A stretch of 64,000 bases of DNA from an uncultured delta proteobacterium (GCA_963754925.1 CAVWHX010000004.1:1184001-1248000); one strand, 5' to 3'; counted from the stretch's first letter, positions 1-9,927 are shown. Program-made: numbers and translations. The notes: generated by a model not told the origin, from the letters alone.

Positions 1-1
1 T

Positions 2-616
2 CAGTATGAGTTTAGCATCCTGGAACCAGGCAAGGCGCCGCGTAATCTGCTCATCGAGGCTTACATAAAAGGCACCAAGTGGCGCCGGGTTGAGTTTCTC
101 GCACCAGGGGACGTCAAAGGGATGAGGGTGTTGACGTTGTCGTTAGATCAACAATACGTCTACCTTCCAGCCTTCCGCAAAGTTCGTCGGGTGGCCAGCC
201 ACATTCGCAACCAGAGCTTCATGGGTTCGGCGTACAGTTATGACGAGATGGCGACCGTTACGTACGGGGATCTTTTTACGGGGGAGCTGGTCTCTGAAAA
301 CGATAAGGAGTGGGTGGTGGTCGGCACCCGCAGGCCCGGTAAAGACTTTTCCTATCCCAAGATTGAGTTCACTATTCTCAAGGAATTCAGCCAGCCATCG
401 CTCATTAAGTATTACAGCGACAAGGGGGTGGTCCTGAAGAGCGAGCAGCGACTTGAATACAGTTGCCAAGAAAATATATGCAATGCAAAAGTAATGATCA
501 TAACCGATCACACCCGCAACAACCTGGCCACCAAGATGACTCGCGAGCAATGGAAAATCAACACCGGTGTAAGCGCTGACTCCTTCAGTGTGCGCGACCT
601 TCAACGCGGGAACTAA
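2..616 (+). CDS. Outer membrane lipoprotein-sorting (LolA-like) protein, 5'-truncated by window
   Basis: Frame is open from base 2 (QYEFSILEPG...VEFLAPGDVKGMRVL). Has F-x-x-P-x-D-V-K-G, YLPAFRKVRR and SFMGS-x-Y-S-Y-D motifs typical of the LolA-like family. Confidence 0.8.
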   Translation, partial: QYEFSILEPGKAPRNLLIEAYIKGTKWRRVEFLAPGDVKGMRVLTLSLDQQYVYLPAFRKVRRVASHIRNQSFMGSAYSYDEMATVTYGDLFTGELVSENDKEWVVVGTRRPGKDFSYPKIEFTILKEFSQPSLIKYYSDKGVVLKSEQRLEYSCQENICNAKVMIITDHTRNNLATKMTREQWKINTGVSADSFSVRDLQRGN

Positions 617-621
617 CCACC

Positions 622-2517
622 ATGAAAACGAGGTCGACCACTAAGCAGGGAGTGAAGTGTACGCTTGGGTTGATAGTTGCATCGGTACTGGTTCTGGCCG
701 CACCCGCGCTGGCGGCCGAGGATCAAGAAACCGCGCCGGCCGCGGATCTGGGAGTGGCGACCGGAGCGGAGTCGGGCAACAAGTTGGAGTGGAGCTTCGG
801 CGGCACGTTCCAGAGCGATGTGCGTTTTCAAGTGCAGGAAAAAGGCCTCGGTCTGGAAGTGGGCACCGGCGCGGACAAAAGAGTCATCAATAACTTTTAC
901 ATCGGCAACCAGTTCTACCAGCGAGTGTTGCCGACCGGGGTGGAGCGCAATCAGAATTTACTCCAAGTTAAATTCAAAGCAGCCTATGGTCAGTATGCAG
1001 GGGTTGCGGACGTTGATTTTTTCTGGATAGGATATCCGGGCAAGATCGTAAATCTTGAAGGGTTGTCTGATATCACCGAGGTTGATCCGTTCTTCGTCAA
1101 GGTCCACTCGTTGTATCTCGAAGCCAATGACTTTCTTATTGACGGTTTGGACTTCCGCGTCGGTCAGCAGACCATACTATGGGGTGTGGGAGACCAATTC
1201 AATCCGACCAACAATATCAATCCCAACGATCTGGAGGATATTTTGTTGTTCGGCAATCAGCTCAGCAATCTGATGGTTCGTGCCGATTATAAGCCGATTT
1301 CCGACTGGACCATCTCAGGGGTGCTGGTGCCAATTTTTAAGCCCGCGCTCTTGCCAAGCTCGGCTTCGATGGGGTTGGCGGCGGTAGACCGCTACCCGAT
1401 GTTAGATAGTAACCTGCGCGACAAAATTCGGATTCAACAGTACGTTGCTGATGTCTTTGGTTTTGGGCCGACCGTTGTCACGGGGGTTGATCCGGTGTTT
1501 CCGGGCGCCAGCTTTAATAATATGCCGTTCGAAGTCCGGATAGCCGGCACCATCGGCAAGCAAGATATCGCCCTCAGTTACTATCGTGGATTTTCCGACA
1601 TGCCGATTTTCTCAAAAGAGTACACCCGTCCGATTGCTGAACCCTGTCAAGGCGATTTGGATCAAAGCATGTGCTTGACTAACGCCCTTGAGAGCACCGT
1701 CTCACTGACCTATCCGCGCATGGAAGTGTTCGGAATAAACATGGCAGGTGAGATCAATCCGTTAGGTTGGATTTCGGAAAAGATAAGCCCGCTCGGCTAT
1801 CGTTTGGAGGTGGCGGTAGTATTACCCCAACGGCAGCAAGTACAATTGTATCAAGAGGCAATTACCTTAGGAGGTTCTACGCTCAACCCAGCAGGGTTTT
1901 ATGAATTTAATGGCGCGGATCAATTTACGATAATTAAAAGCACCCCATTCCTAAAATGGACAGCGGGTCTAGACTACACATTCAACGATCATTTCTATCT
2001 TAATGTGCAGTGGGTGCACGGATTGACCGATGAGTTCGGGGCTGGTGATTTTATCAATAGTGGTTTAATCGTGCGCCAGGGTGGGGTCTCACAAAAAGCA
2101 CAAGCAAACCCAAGTGCTCTTTTTGCGTGTGCATTGAATTTAACTTCCACGTGTGCTGATGCCGGGCAATACACAGAAGAAATACTGCGGCAGCGTCTCG
2201 GCGATTACGTCGTCATTGGGCTGGATATCCATTTTGCCGACGACAAGGCCCTTATTCGATTGTTTAATATCTTGGAAGTGACCGGCTATTACCATGACTA
2301 CTGGAGCGATACCGATAATAGGCGCGTGCAGAAATTCCTATCCCCGTTTGGAGAAGGATTTTCGATGATCGTGTACCCCGAGTTCAATTACAATTTCGGC
2401 AATGGGCTCGATTTAGGGTTTGGGGCGCTTGTGCAATTGGGTAAGGACTTCACAAAATTTGGCGATCCGGCCGCCGGGGGTTCCCTTGTCTGGACGCGGG
2501 CACGATACCGATTCTAA
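622..2517 (+). CDS. Outer membrane beta-barrel protein, DUF1302-like
   Basis: Signal peptide (..APALA), RVGQQTILWG and FNPTN motifs, amphipathic strands, C-terminal YRF. Directly follows the LolA-like gene. Confidence 0.65.
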   Translation: MKTRSTTKQGVKCTLGLIVASVLVLAAPALAAEDQETAPAADLGVATGAESGNKLEWSFGGTFQSDVRFQVQEKGLGLEVGTGADKRVINNFYIGNQFYQRVLPTGVERNQNLLQVKFKAAYGQYAGVADVDFFWIGYPGKIVNLEGLSDITEVDPFFVKVHSLYLEANDFLIDGLDFRVGQQTILWGVGDQFNPTNNINPNDLEDILLFGNQLSNLMVRADYKPISDWTISGVLVPIFKPALLPSSASMGLAAVDRYPMLDSNLRDKIRIQQYVADVFGFGPTVVTGVDPVFPGASFNNMPFEVRIAGTIGKQDIALSYYRGFSDMPIFSKEYTRPIAEPCQGDLDQSMCLTNALESTVSLTYPRMEVFGINMAGEINPLGWISEKISPLGYRLEVAVVLPQRQQVQLYQEAITLGGSTLNPAGFYEFNGADQFTIIKSTPFLKWTAGLDYTFNDHFYLNVQWVHGLTDEFGAGDFINSGLIVRQGGVSQKAQANPSALFACALNLTSTCADAGQYTEEILRQRLGDYVVIGLDIHFADDKALIRLFNILEVTGYYHDYWSDTDNRRVQKFLSPFGEGFSMIVYPEFNYNFGNGLDLGFGALVQLGKDFTKFGDPAAGGSLVWTRARYRF

Positions 2518-2535
2518 GTACTTCACTGACCGCTT

Positions 2536-3369
2536 TTATTTGAGTTCCTTCTCGAACTCGAGAAATTCTTTGCGCCACGGTTCGCGGCTTCTGCCCCAGT
2601 CGCCGGTATCCAGAAGCTTTTTACCTTCGGCAAGTTGCGAGCGTGCCTGGTCGACGCCGGCTTCAGCTTCGACCTCCCAGAGGGCCTGAGCATAGAAAAG
2701 ATGATTAAGCGGATGTTGAGCATACTTTTTGACCACTTCGGCGAGCATTTCAAGAGCCTTATCGCTGTCGCCGTAGCCTTTCGGCCACTGCGGGGCCTTG
2801 AGGTACAGCATCCCCAACACGCGGGCGGGGCCGCCCATATCCTCGTCCGGGGACAGCTCCAACGCTCGTTTGAGCTCCCGCTCGAGCCGGTCGAGCTCTT
2901 CGTAAGCCAACGTAATATGGTGGCGAATCGCGAGCCCTAAATTCACCGCCAAATAATAGTGGACCTTCCCGTCCTGCACACCGCCGGCTTTCAGGGCTGT
3001 CTCGGCGCTATGCACCCCCTCGGCCGCGAACTTCTCTTGGCTGCTCTGATCGGTCGCACGCTCGGCGAGCAGCAAGCAGATTCGCGCACCCAGCGAAGAA
3101 CTCGTAAACGACGGATCGTCGGTTTGCCGTAGCAGACCCAAGGCGCATTGCAGCGTTTCATCGTCACTGGTTGAATTGAAATTCACTGCCTCTGCGGCAA
3201 GCTGCTCCGGGGTTTGCGGGGGACAGGCTTCAAGCCTGAGAGTAACGAGATCTCGTTGCAGATGAGCGCAGCCAGAAGCGATCGAAAGCAGGAGGAGAAC
3301 GGCCGCCGAGAAAAACCCCGACCTCAGCCATCGTGTACCGTACCTATTAAAGTGCATTTCACTTACCAC
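2536..3369 (-). CDS. TPR-like helical lipoprotein (TatT/BstC-like)
   Basis: Lipobox LLLSIASGC, all-helical composition, GGPARVLGMLYLKAP-x-WP-x-GYGDSDKA motif. Overlaps the end of the upstream binding-protein gene. Confidence 0.65.
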   Translation of the reverse strand: MVSEMHFNRYGTRWLRSGFFSAAVLLLLSIASGCAHLQRDLVTLRLEACPPQTPEQLAAEAVNFNSTSDDETLQCALGLLRQTDDPSFTSSSLGARICLLLAERATDQSSQEKFAAEGVHSAETALKAGGVQDGKVHYYLAVNLGLAIRHHITLAYEELDRLERELKRALELSPDEDMGGPARVLGMLYLKAPQWPKGYGDSDKALEMLAEVVKKYAQHPLNHLFYAQALWEVEAEAGVDQARSQLAEGKKLLDTGDWGRSREPWRKEFLEFEKELK

Positions 3370-4216
3370 CCGTTGATACCCACAGTTTGATTATCGGCTC
3401 GAAGGTTGCCTGATCCACCCGATTAAACGATTCGACCCCGAACATTTCGCACAACTTTTTGCCTTCGGCATCGGTACACATACCCATGAGCGCCTTGGCA
3501 AGGCGGGCGCGCTCCTCGACGCTGCTTTGTTGCTCGTTGGCCGCCAAGCCTATCAAGGGAATCGGTTCGGAGGTGAAAATCGGTTCGAGCTCCTTGGCGA
3601 AAGGCAACGAGCCCAGGGAAGAAAATTGTTGTTCGGTAACCATCACGGCGTCGATGGCGCCTTGGGAAAGCGCGCGCAGCGATCGGAGCGCTTGGGGTGA
3701 AGGTTGAAGCACGAAATAGGTGGTCGGGTCAATGCGGCCCGCGAAAATGATTCGTTGCAAGAACTGCGGCTCCTCCAGGATGGTCCCGCCCAACGTTTTT
3801 CCCTTGAGTTCATCAAGCGATTTGAACGTCCCCTGCTTGACCAGAATCCGGTATCTTTCGTTGGTACGCCCATTAATCTTCGGCTGAGCAATAGGAATTA
3901 AGTGGTATCGGTTGCGAAGCTCCAGATACAGCCCCAGCGAAAGGATCAAGAAGGCGGGTTTTTTCTCAGCCAAGATCTGTCTGCATTCGTTCGCCTTAGT
4001 AGTGAAAACGCTCGTAAAAGCGCCGGACGGCCATTGGCCGACTTTTTCAACGACGCGCAACATTGAGCTCATGGAGTTGTTGGCATCGGCCGCCTTGACC
4101 GAACCCCCGGGGTAGCAGACCAAAATTGGTTTGGGATCAGCCGCTGACGCTTGGCATACTAACAAGCCAACCATCAAGAGGCTCGCCAGGATGGCCGGCA
4201 GCATTTTATGTTTCAT
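3359..4216 (-). CDS. Periplasmic substrate-binding protein, PhnD/phosphonate-binding fold (BstB-like)
   Basis: Signal peptide ending ASA; SLDELKGKTL and ALSQGAIDA motifs of type II binding proteins; SD-like GGAGG upstream. Confidence 0.7.
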   Translation of the reverse strand: MKHKMLPAILASLLMVGLLVCQASAADPKPILVCYPGGSVKAADANNSMSSMLRVVEKVGQWPSGAFTSVFTTKANECRQILAEKKPAFLILSLGLYLELRNRYHLIPIAQPKINGRTNERYRILVKQGTFKSLDELKGKTLGGTILEEPQFLQRIIFAGRIDPTTYFVLQPSPQALRSLRALSQGAIDAVMVTEQQFSSLGSLPFAKELEPIFTSEPIPLIGLAANEQQSSVEERARLAKALMGMCTDAEGKKLCEMFGVESFNRVDQATFEPIIKLWVSTGGK

Positions 4217-4376
4217 AGTTTCCTCCGAAATAAGAAGCTGCGCGACGGGGAGTGAAGTTACGGATTTGACGGATCGTCACCGGGATCGATTCAAAACATT
4301 GCTCTTCCTAAAGGAATCTCGAACAGCTAACGCATTTTTGTGCAAGGGTCCGAGGTTGTCAAGATAATTCCATAAG

Positions 4377-5357
4377 TTATATATTATCAAAGGTTAAGAA
4401 TCTCCTGTTCTCGAGCTCAATTTCTTCTGCAAATAAACTTTTTATAAAGGCGCCTAGGTCTTTAGAATTAATCTGAGTTCCTTGGGATGTTAGGAAGGTC
4501 GATAGCTCCTCCTCAAACAGTGAGGCGGATTCGTACCGATCATGAGGAAGGGTTGCGAGCGCTCGCATAACTACTCGCATGAGATCTTTGGGGATCTTTC
4601 CCTTATAACCTGACAATAACTCGATACCGTTAATTCTTTGTTGCTCAATGCTGGAATAACCGGGCTTCTCACTAAAAAGCCTCTTGCCGGCGAGCAGCTC
4701 GTAGAGCACAATTCCCAGTGAGTAGATGTCGCTCCGATGATCGATGGGCAACCCCTGTAACTGTTCTGGGGACATATAACCGACCGTACCTGTGGAATTG
4801 CTATGAAAAATACGGCCTGCACCTTTAACTTTGGCCAAGCCGAAATCGATCAACTTGACCTCGCCACCATAGGAAATAATTATGTTTTTTGGGGTTATGT
4901 CTTGGTGGACGACTCTCAGCGGATGGCCGACTGCATCGGTTTGTTGGTGAGCGTAGGCCAGCCCTTCACAAACGCATGAAATGATCAACACCGTAAGCGA
5001 GATCGGCATGCGCCTCTTTGCTTGGGATAGCGCTTGGAAGATCTTCGAAAGAGCTTTTCCGCGGATGAATTCCATTGCCAGGTAACGATCCCGTCCTTCC
5101 CCGCCGAGCTCAAGAATCCGGACGATGTTTGGATGGAAGAGGGACGAGGCGATGCGGGCTTCATCCCGTAATCGGTCACTGAATTCTTTGTTATCAGCGA
5201 GATACGGAAGGATTCTTTTTATGGCCACAACGCCTGCTCGGCGGGCAGGCTCACGGGTCTTGGCTAGAAAAACCTCTGCCGTACCGCCGCACGAAAGTCT
5301 CTCGAGCAGGAGATACTTGCCAAATGGCGTCGGCAATTCAGGGGAGACGTTCTCCAT
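4377..5357 (-). CDS. Hanks-type Ser/Thr protein kinase (kinase domain only)
   Basis: FGKY, GG-x-AEV, AIK, HPNIV, HQDITPKN, DFG, GYMSPEQ and SDIYSLG motifs. Start placed at ATG 5357 (MENVSP); the ORF track extends to 5426. Confidence 0.9.
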   Translation of the reverse strand: MENVSPELPTPFGKYLLLERLSCGGTAEVFLAKTREPARRAGVVAIKRILPYLADNKEFSDRLRDEARIASSLFHPNIVRILELGGEGRDRYLAMEFIRGKALSKIFQALSQAKRRMPISLTVLIISCVCEGLAYAHQQTDAVGHPLRVVHQDITPKNIIISYGGEVKLIDFGLAKVKGAGRIFHSNSTGTVGYMSPEQLQGLPIDHRSDIYSLGIVLYELLAGKRLFSEKPGYSSIEQQRINGIELLSGYKGKIPKDLMRVVMRALATLPHDRYESASLFEEELSTFLTSQGTQINSKDLGAFIKSLFAEEIELENRRFLTFDNI

Positions 5358-5419
5358 GGGCTTGGTATATAAAACGACTGCGATATTCAGTAAATCAATT
5401 TTCTTACCCATCGAAAAGC

Positions 5420-5448
5420 TTGACAATCAAAGGTCGCGCCCGTAGGCT
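5420..5448 (+). promoter_or_regulatory. Putative sigma70 promoter of the ileS operon
   Basis: TTGACA (5420-5425), 17-nt spacer, TAGGCT (5443-5448), 56 nt before the ileS start. Confidence 0.55.
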
Positions 5449-5504
5449 TCCCCCGCTAAAATTGGGCTTCGTCTGATTTTACTTTATGTAGGCGGATCAA
5501 ATCG

Positions 5505-8303
5505 ATGGATTATAAAAAGACACTCAATCTACCCCAAACAGAATTCCCCATGCGCGCCTCACTTTCCGATCGGGAGCCGACCATCCTGCAGCGTTGGAAA
5601 AAGGATAATCTCAGCCGGCTCATTCAAGATCAGGGCCGTCTGCTGCAAAAACGTTTCATCCTCCATGACGGTCCGCCCTATGCCAACGGTCATGTTCATT
5701 TAGGAACGGCACTGAACAAGATTTTGAAGGATTTTGTCATCAAGTCTCGCACCATGATGGGTCAGTACGCTCCTTTTGTTCCCGGGTGGGATTGCCATGG
5801 CATGCCGATCGAACACAATGTCATCAAAGATCTTGGCGACCGTGCGGCAACCATGACCAAATTGGAGATACGCAGGCGCTGTCGGGCCTTTGCCGACGAG
5901 TTTGTGTCGATTCAACGTGAGGAATTCCAGCGTCTCGGGTGCCTGGGGGATTGGGAACATCCGTACATTACCATGAGCTACCAGTACGAGGCCGAGATAA
6001 TGGCAACGCTGGGTGATTTGGTCAAAGGCGGTTACCTTATCCGGGGCCTGCGGCCAATTCATTGGTGCGCCACCTGCAAAACCGCGTTGGCCGAGGCTGA
6101 GCTGGAGTACCACGAACACTCCTCGCCCTCGATCTACGTAAAGTTTCCCATTCGGCCCGGCGATCCAAAAGCTGCTTCAATCGGCCTCAACGTGGATAAC
6201 GCGGCTATCCTGATTTGGACCACGACCCCCTGGACGATTCCGGCCAACCTGGCGATCGCCTTGCATCCCGAGTTTGACTACGTCTTCGCGCGCTTCGGCA
6301 ACGAGGTACTCCTGGTGGCCGAGGCCTTGGCGCCGAGTGTCGCGGCCGTTTTAAAGACCGGGAATCTCGAGATCGTACTGAAGAAACGCGGGGCCGAGCT
6401 CGAGGGTATTCGTTGCCGGCACCCGATGTATGACCGCGACTCGCTGGTGGTGCTTGCCGACTATGTCACGCTGGACACCGGCACCGGTTGCGTGCATACC
6501 GCTCCCGGCCACGGCGCCGAGGACTTTGAAACGGGACGTCAGTACGGTCTGCCGATACTGGCGCCGGTGGACGAGGCCGGCAACTTCACCGTGGAAGTGC
6601 CGGGCTATGCCGGCAAGAATGTCTTTGCCTGCGATATTCCCATCAGCGACGAGTTGCAACGCACCGGTTACTTGCTCGCCCGTCAAGAGATATCGCATTC
6701 CTATCCCTTCTGCTGGCGCTGCAAGCAGCCGCTCATCTTCCGGGCCACTGAGCAGTGGTTTCTCGAAGTTGATAGGCATGACCTCCGCAAGCGCGCGCTT
6801 GAGGAGATCGAGCGTGTCACCTGGATACCTGCTTGGGGCCACGATCGCATCGCCAACATGGTCGCCGCCCGGCCCGATTGGTGCCTCTCGCGTCAGCGCG
6901 CCTGGGGGGTGCCGATTCCGGCCCTGTACTGCCAGGGATGCGAGAAAGCCATCCTCGACCCGGCGGTAATCGAGAAAACGCGTAACCTCGTGGCCGAATC
7001 CGGCAGCGACATTTGGTTTGAGAAGCCGGTCGAGGCATTTCTGCCGGATGGCTTTGCCTGTCAGCACTGCGGCGGCAAGAAGTTTCGTAAGGAGGAAGAC
7101 ATCCTCGACGTGTGGTTCGACTCCTCGGTCAGCCATCGCGCGGTGCTCGAGCACCACGACGAGTTGACCTGGCCCTGCGATCTGTACCTCGAAGCCTCGG
7201 ATCAACATCGCGGTTGGTTTCAGGTGTCTCTGCTGACAGCGGTGGCCACGCGCGGGAAGGCGCCCTACCGGCAGGTGCTTACCCATGGTCTGATTCTCGA
7301 CGAGGCGGCCAAGAAGATGAGCAAGTCGCTCGGCAACGTCATCGCCCCCGAGGAAATTATCAGCGAGTTTGGCGCCGACGTCCTGCGGTTGTTATTCGCC
7401 TCGATCGACTACACCGCCGACGTGTGCTTTACCCGCGGCATGGTGGCGCCGATATCGGACGCGTATCGCAAGATCCGAAACACCATCAGGTTTATGCTTG
7501 GCAACCTATCGGACTTCAACCCCGACCAACATTCCCTGCCGGAGACAAAACTCGCCGAGTTGGACCGCTGGATACTGGCGCGCCTGCGCCAGGTCGTACG
7601 AAGGGTGTGCGATGCCTATGCGGCCTATGAGTTTCACATCGCCTACCGACTGCTGCTGGATGTGTGCACGGTGGATCTCAGCGCCTTCTATCTCGATATC
7701 ATCAAGGACCGCCTGTATGTCGAGGACCGTAACGGCCATAATCGACGTTCGGCGCAGACGGCGCTCTACCGGACGACGCTCGATCTGCTGACCATGCTCG
7801 CGCCCATCGTGAGCTTTACCGCTGATGAAGCGTGGGGTTTTTTGCCGGCGGCGCAAAAACAGCCGAGCTCGGTGCACCTGGCTCAATTGCCGCTTCCCGT
7901 CGAGGGCGTCGATGATGCCGCCGTGCTTGAGCGCTGGAATCGGTTGCGTAAGGTGCGCTCCGAAATGAACAAAGCCTTGGAGATCGTCCGTAAGGCCGGC
8001 AGCATCGGATCGAGCCTCGATGCCGAACTTACCTTGGCGGCCGATGCGGAGACGGTTGCATTCTTGCGCTCGTTTGGGTCAGAATTGCTCGACGTGGTCA
8101 AGGTTGCCGATTTCACGTTGGACGGATCAGTTTCTGACCAGGCTTTTGTTTCGAGCGAGCTGCCGGGCCTCAGCATCGAGGTCAAACGAGCGACGACACA
8201 GAAGTGCGCCCGCTGCTGGAACCGCCGGCCCGAAGTCGGCTCCCTTTCTCAGGCGCCGGATTTATGTAGGCGCTGTAACGACGTCGTGCAGAGCTCGCGT
8301 TAA
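5505..8303 (+). CDS. ileS: Isoleucine--tRNA ligase (type 1)
   Basis: LHDGPPYANG, HLGT (HIGH-like), GWDCHG, WTTTPWT, GTGCVH, DWCLSRQR, KMSKS motifs and a C-terminal CxxC...CxxC zinc finger. Confidence 0.98.
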   Translation: MDYKKTLNLPQTEFPMRASLSDREPTILQRWKKDNLSRLIQDQGRLLQKRFILHDGPPYANGHVHLGTALNKILKDFVIKSRTMMGQYAPFVPGWDCHGMPIEHNVIKDLGDRAATMTKLEIRRRCRAFADEFVSIQREEFQRLGCLGDWEHPYITMSYQYEAEIMATLGDLVKGGYLIRGLRPIHWCATCKTALAEAELEYHEHSSPSIYVKFPIRPGDPKAASIGLNVDNAAILIWTTTPWTIPANLAIALHPEFDYVFARFGNEVLLVAEALAPSVAAVLKTGNLEIVLKKRGAELEGIRCRHPMYDRDSLVVLADYVTLDTGTGCVHTAPGHGAEDFETGRQYGLPILAPVDEAGNFTVEVPGYAGKNVFACDIPISDELQRTGYLLARQEISHSYPFCWRCKQPLIFRATEQWFLEVDRHDLRKRALEEIERVTWIPAWGHDRIANMVAARPDWCLSRQRAWGVPIPALYCQGCEKAILDPAVIEKTRNLVAESGSDIWFEKPVEAFLPDGFACQHCGGKKFRKEEDILDVWFDSSVSHRAVLEHHDELTWPCDLYLEASDQHRGWFQVSLLTAVATRGKAPYRQVLTHGLILDEAAKKMSKSLGNVIAPEEIISEFGADVLRLLFASIDYTADVCFTRGMVAPISDAYRKIRNTIRFMLGNLSDFNPDQHSLPETKLAELDRWILARLRQVVRRVCDAYAAYEFHIAYRLLLDVCTVDLSAFYLDIIKDRLYVEDRNGHNRRSAQTALYRTTLDLLTMLAPIVSFTADEAWGFLPAAQKQPSSVHLAQLPLPVEGVDDAAVLERWNRLRKVRSEMNKALEIVRKAGSIGSSLDAELTLAADAETVAFLRSFGSELLDVVKVADFTLDGSVSDQAFVSSELPGLSIEVKRATTQKCARCWNRRPEVGSLSQAPDLCRRCNDVVQSSR

Positions 8304-8314
8304 GGACGGTTACG

Positions 8315-8881
8315 GTGAAAACAAAATACCTGATCCTGATTATCGCCGTCCCGCTGGTCGTGTTGTGCGATCAATTTACCAAGCTGTGGGCGGCGGTTAA
8401 TCTCAAGCACCTCCTGTTGGAAAATTCGCCGACCGATCGTTTCATCACCGTCATCGATGGGTTCTTTCGACTCTACTACACTGAAAACCCCGGTGCGGCC
8501 TGGGGGTTGCTGCGGAACGCATCCTCCGACTTTCGCACCGTGTTTTTCGTTGGGGTTTCGCTTGCGGCGATTGTTTTTATCTTGTGGTATGTATATAAGA
8601 TCGGAACCCAGCAAAAGCTGCAGGCCTTCTCAATCTCGCTGATTCTTGGCGGCGCGATCGGCAATCTTATCGACCGGATACGATTGGGGAGGGTAATCGA
8701 TTTTATCCAGTGGTATCTGGTTGTTGAAAAGCCCCTTAACCTGGGCGTGGTCATGATCGAGCCGGGTGAGCTCTACTGGCCGACCTTCAATATCGCCGAC
8801 GTGGCCATCACTATCGGGGTGATTTTGTTGATTGGGGAAATGATTTTTCGAAGCGGCTCGCTGGAAGAAGAAAAGAAGTAA
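8315..8881 (+). CDS. lspA: Signal peptidase II
   Basis: DQ-x-TK, NPGAAWG, GGAIGNLIDR, VIDF and FNIAD motifs; follows ileS. Confidence 0.96.
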   Translation: MKTKYLILIIAVPLVVLCDQFTKLWAAVNLKHLLLENSPTDRFITVIDGFFRLYYTENPGAAWGLLRNASSDFRTVFFVGVSLAAIVFILWYVYKIGTQQKLQAFSISLILGGAIGNLIDRIRLGRVIDFIQWYLVVEKPLNLGVVMIEPGELYWPTFNIADVAITIGVILLIGEMIFRSGSLEEEKK

Positions 8882-9927
8882 TGCTCCCGGTTTTCATCTC
8901 ATTCAAATTTCCAGATTGGCTCGGCAGCATCAGTTGGATCGAACTGAGTGCGTCGCTTACCGTGCTGCTCGGATTATTCTTATGGCGCTTTCGCAAAGAA
9001 GGTTTCTCGTACGGTAATTTTGTTTTCTGGGTAGGTGGTTATGCGGTTTTGCGCGGACTATGCGTGTACGCGGGTCCGGGCTACCTCTTCGAGGTGCACA
9101 ATTACGGCGTTTTAGTTGCGTTCGGGTTTGCGGTCGGCATCTACCTGGCTTCCCGCCAGGCCCGCCGTGAAGGAATACCGGCATACGTCATACTCGATAT
9201 GGCGTTTTGGATTCTCATAGCCGCGATGGTCGGGAGCCGGATACTGTTCATCATCGTCAATATGGATGATTATATCGCGCAACCCGTCAACCTGATTAAA
9301 ATCTGGCAGGGGGGCCTGGTGTTTTACGGGGGCCTGATGGGGGCGGTGCTGGCTGCCTGGCGGTACACGCAGAAGCATCGGCTCAACTTTTTTAAAATTG
9401 CGGATGTGATGATCCCATCCGTGGCCATCGGCCATGTCTTCGGGCGGTTAGGGTGTTTCACGGCCGGGTGCTGTCACGGCATACCGACCGGCATCAAAGG
9501 CTTTGGGGCGGTCTTCACCGAAGCCGGGACCGTGGTCGCCCGCAATCATTTGCTCGGCGTCCCCTTGCACCCGACCCAATTGTACGAAGCCGGTGGCGAG
9601 CTCGTTATTTTTTTGGTGCTGATCTTTTTGCGCCGGCGCAAACGCTTCCATGGGGAGTTGTTTATCGCCTATCTGGTTATGTATCCTATCCTGCGCAGCA
9701 TCGTGGAGATGTTTCGGGGCGACTACGAGCGCGGCATGCTCCTTCAAATCGATCTCTTCGGCGGCCCCCAACCTGATATTTTGAGCACGAGTCAGCTCAT
9801 CTCGTTGCTGATGGCCGTGGGGGGGATCGTGTTGTTGAATTACCTGCTGCGCCAGCGCAATCGACAAGCTCCTGTTTTGGCCAGTCCCGCGCCTCCAGCC
9901 CCGCCCGATGGTTCGGAAGCGGGATGA
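8881..9927 (+). CDS. lgt: Prolipoprotein diacylglyceryl transferase
   Basis: GGLVFYGG, GRLGCF-x-x-GCC and HPTQLYE motifs; TAATG overlap with lspA. Confidence 0.95.
   Translation: MLPVFISFKFPDWLGSISWIELSASLTVLLGLFLWRFRKEGFSYGNFVFWVGGYAVLRGLCVYAGPGYLFEVHNYGVLVAFGFAVGIYLASRQARREGIPAYVILDMAFWILIAAMVGSRILFIIVNMDDYIAQPVNLIKIWQGGLVFYGGLMGAVLAAWRYTQKHRLNFFKIADVMIPSVAIGHVFGRLGCFTAGCCHGIPTGIKGFGAVFTEAGTVVARNHLLGVPLHPTQLYEAGGELVIFLVLIFLRRRKRFHGELFIAYLVMYPILRSIVEMFRGDYERGMLLQIDLFGGPQPDILSTSQLISLLMAVGGIVLLNYLLRQRNRQAPVLASPAPPAPPDGSEAG

Noticed and set aside
5690..5712. HLGT instead of HIGH in IleRS
   Set aside because: Within ordinary variation for type 1 IleRS; no basis for a resistance claim.
6351..7286. 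Long antisense ORF inside ileS, and similar shadow ORFs over other GC-rich genes
   Set aside because: No recognisable motifs; expected from codon bias of the sense gene.
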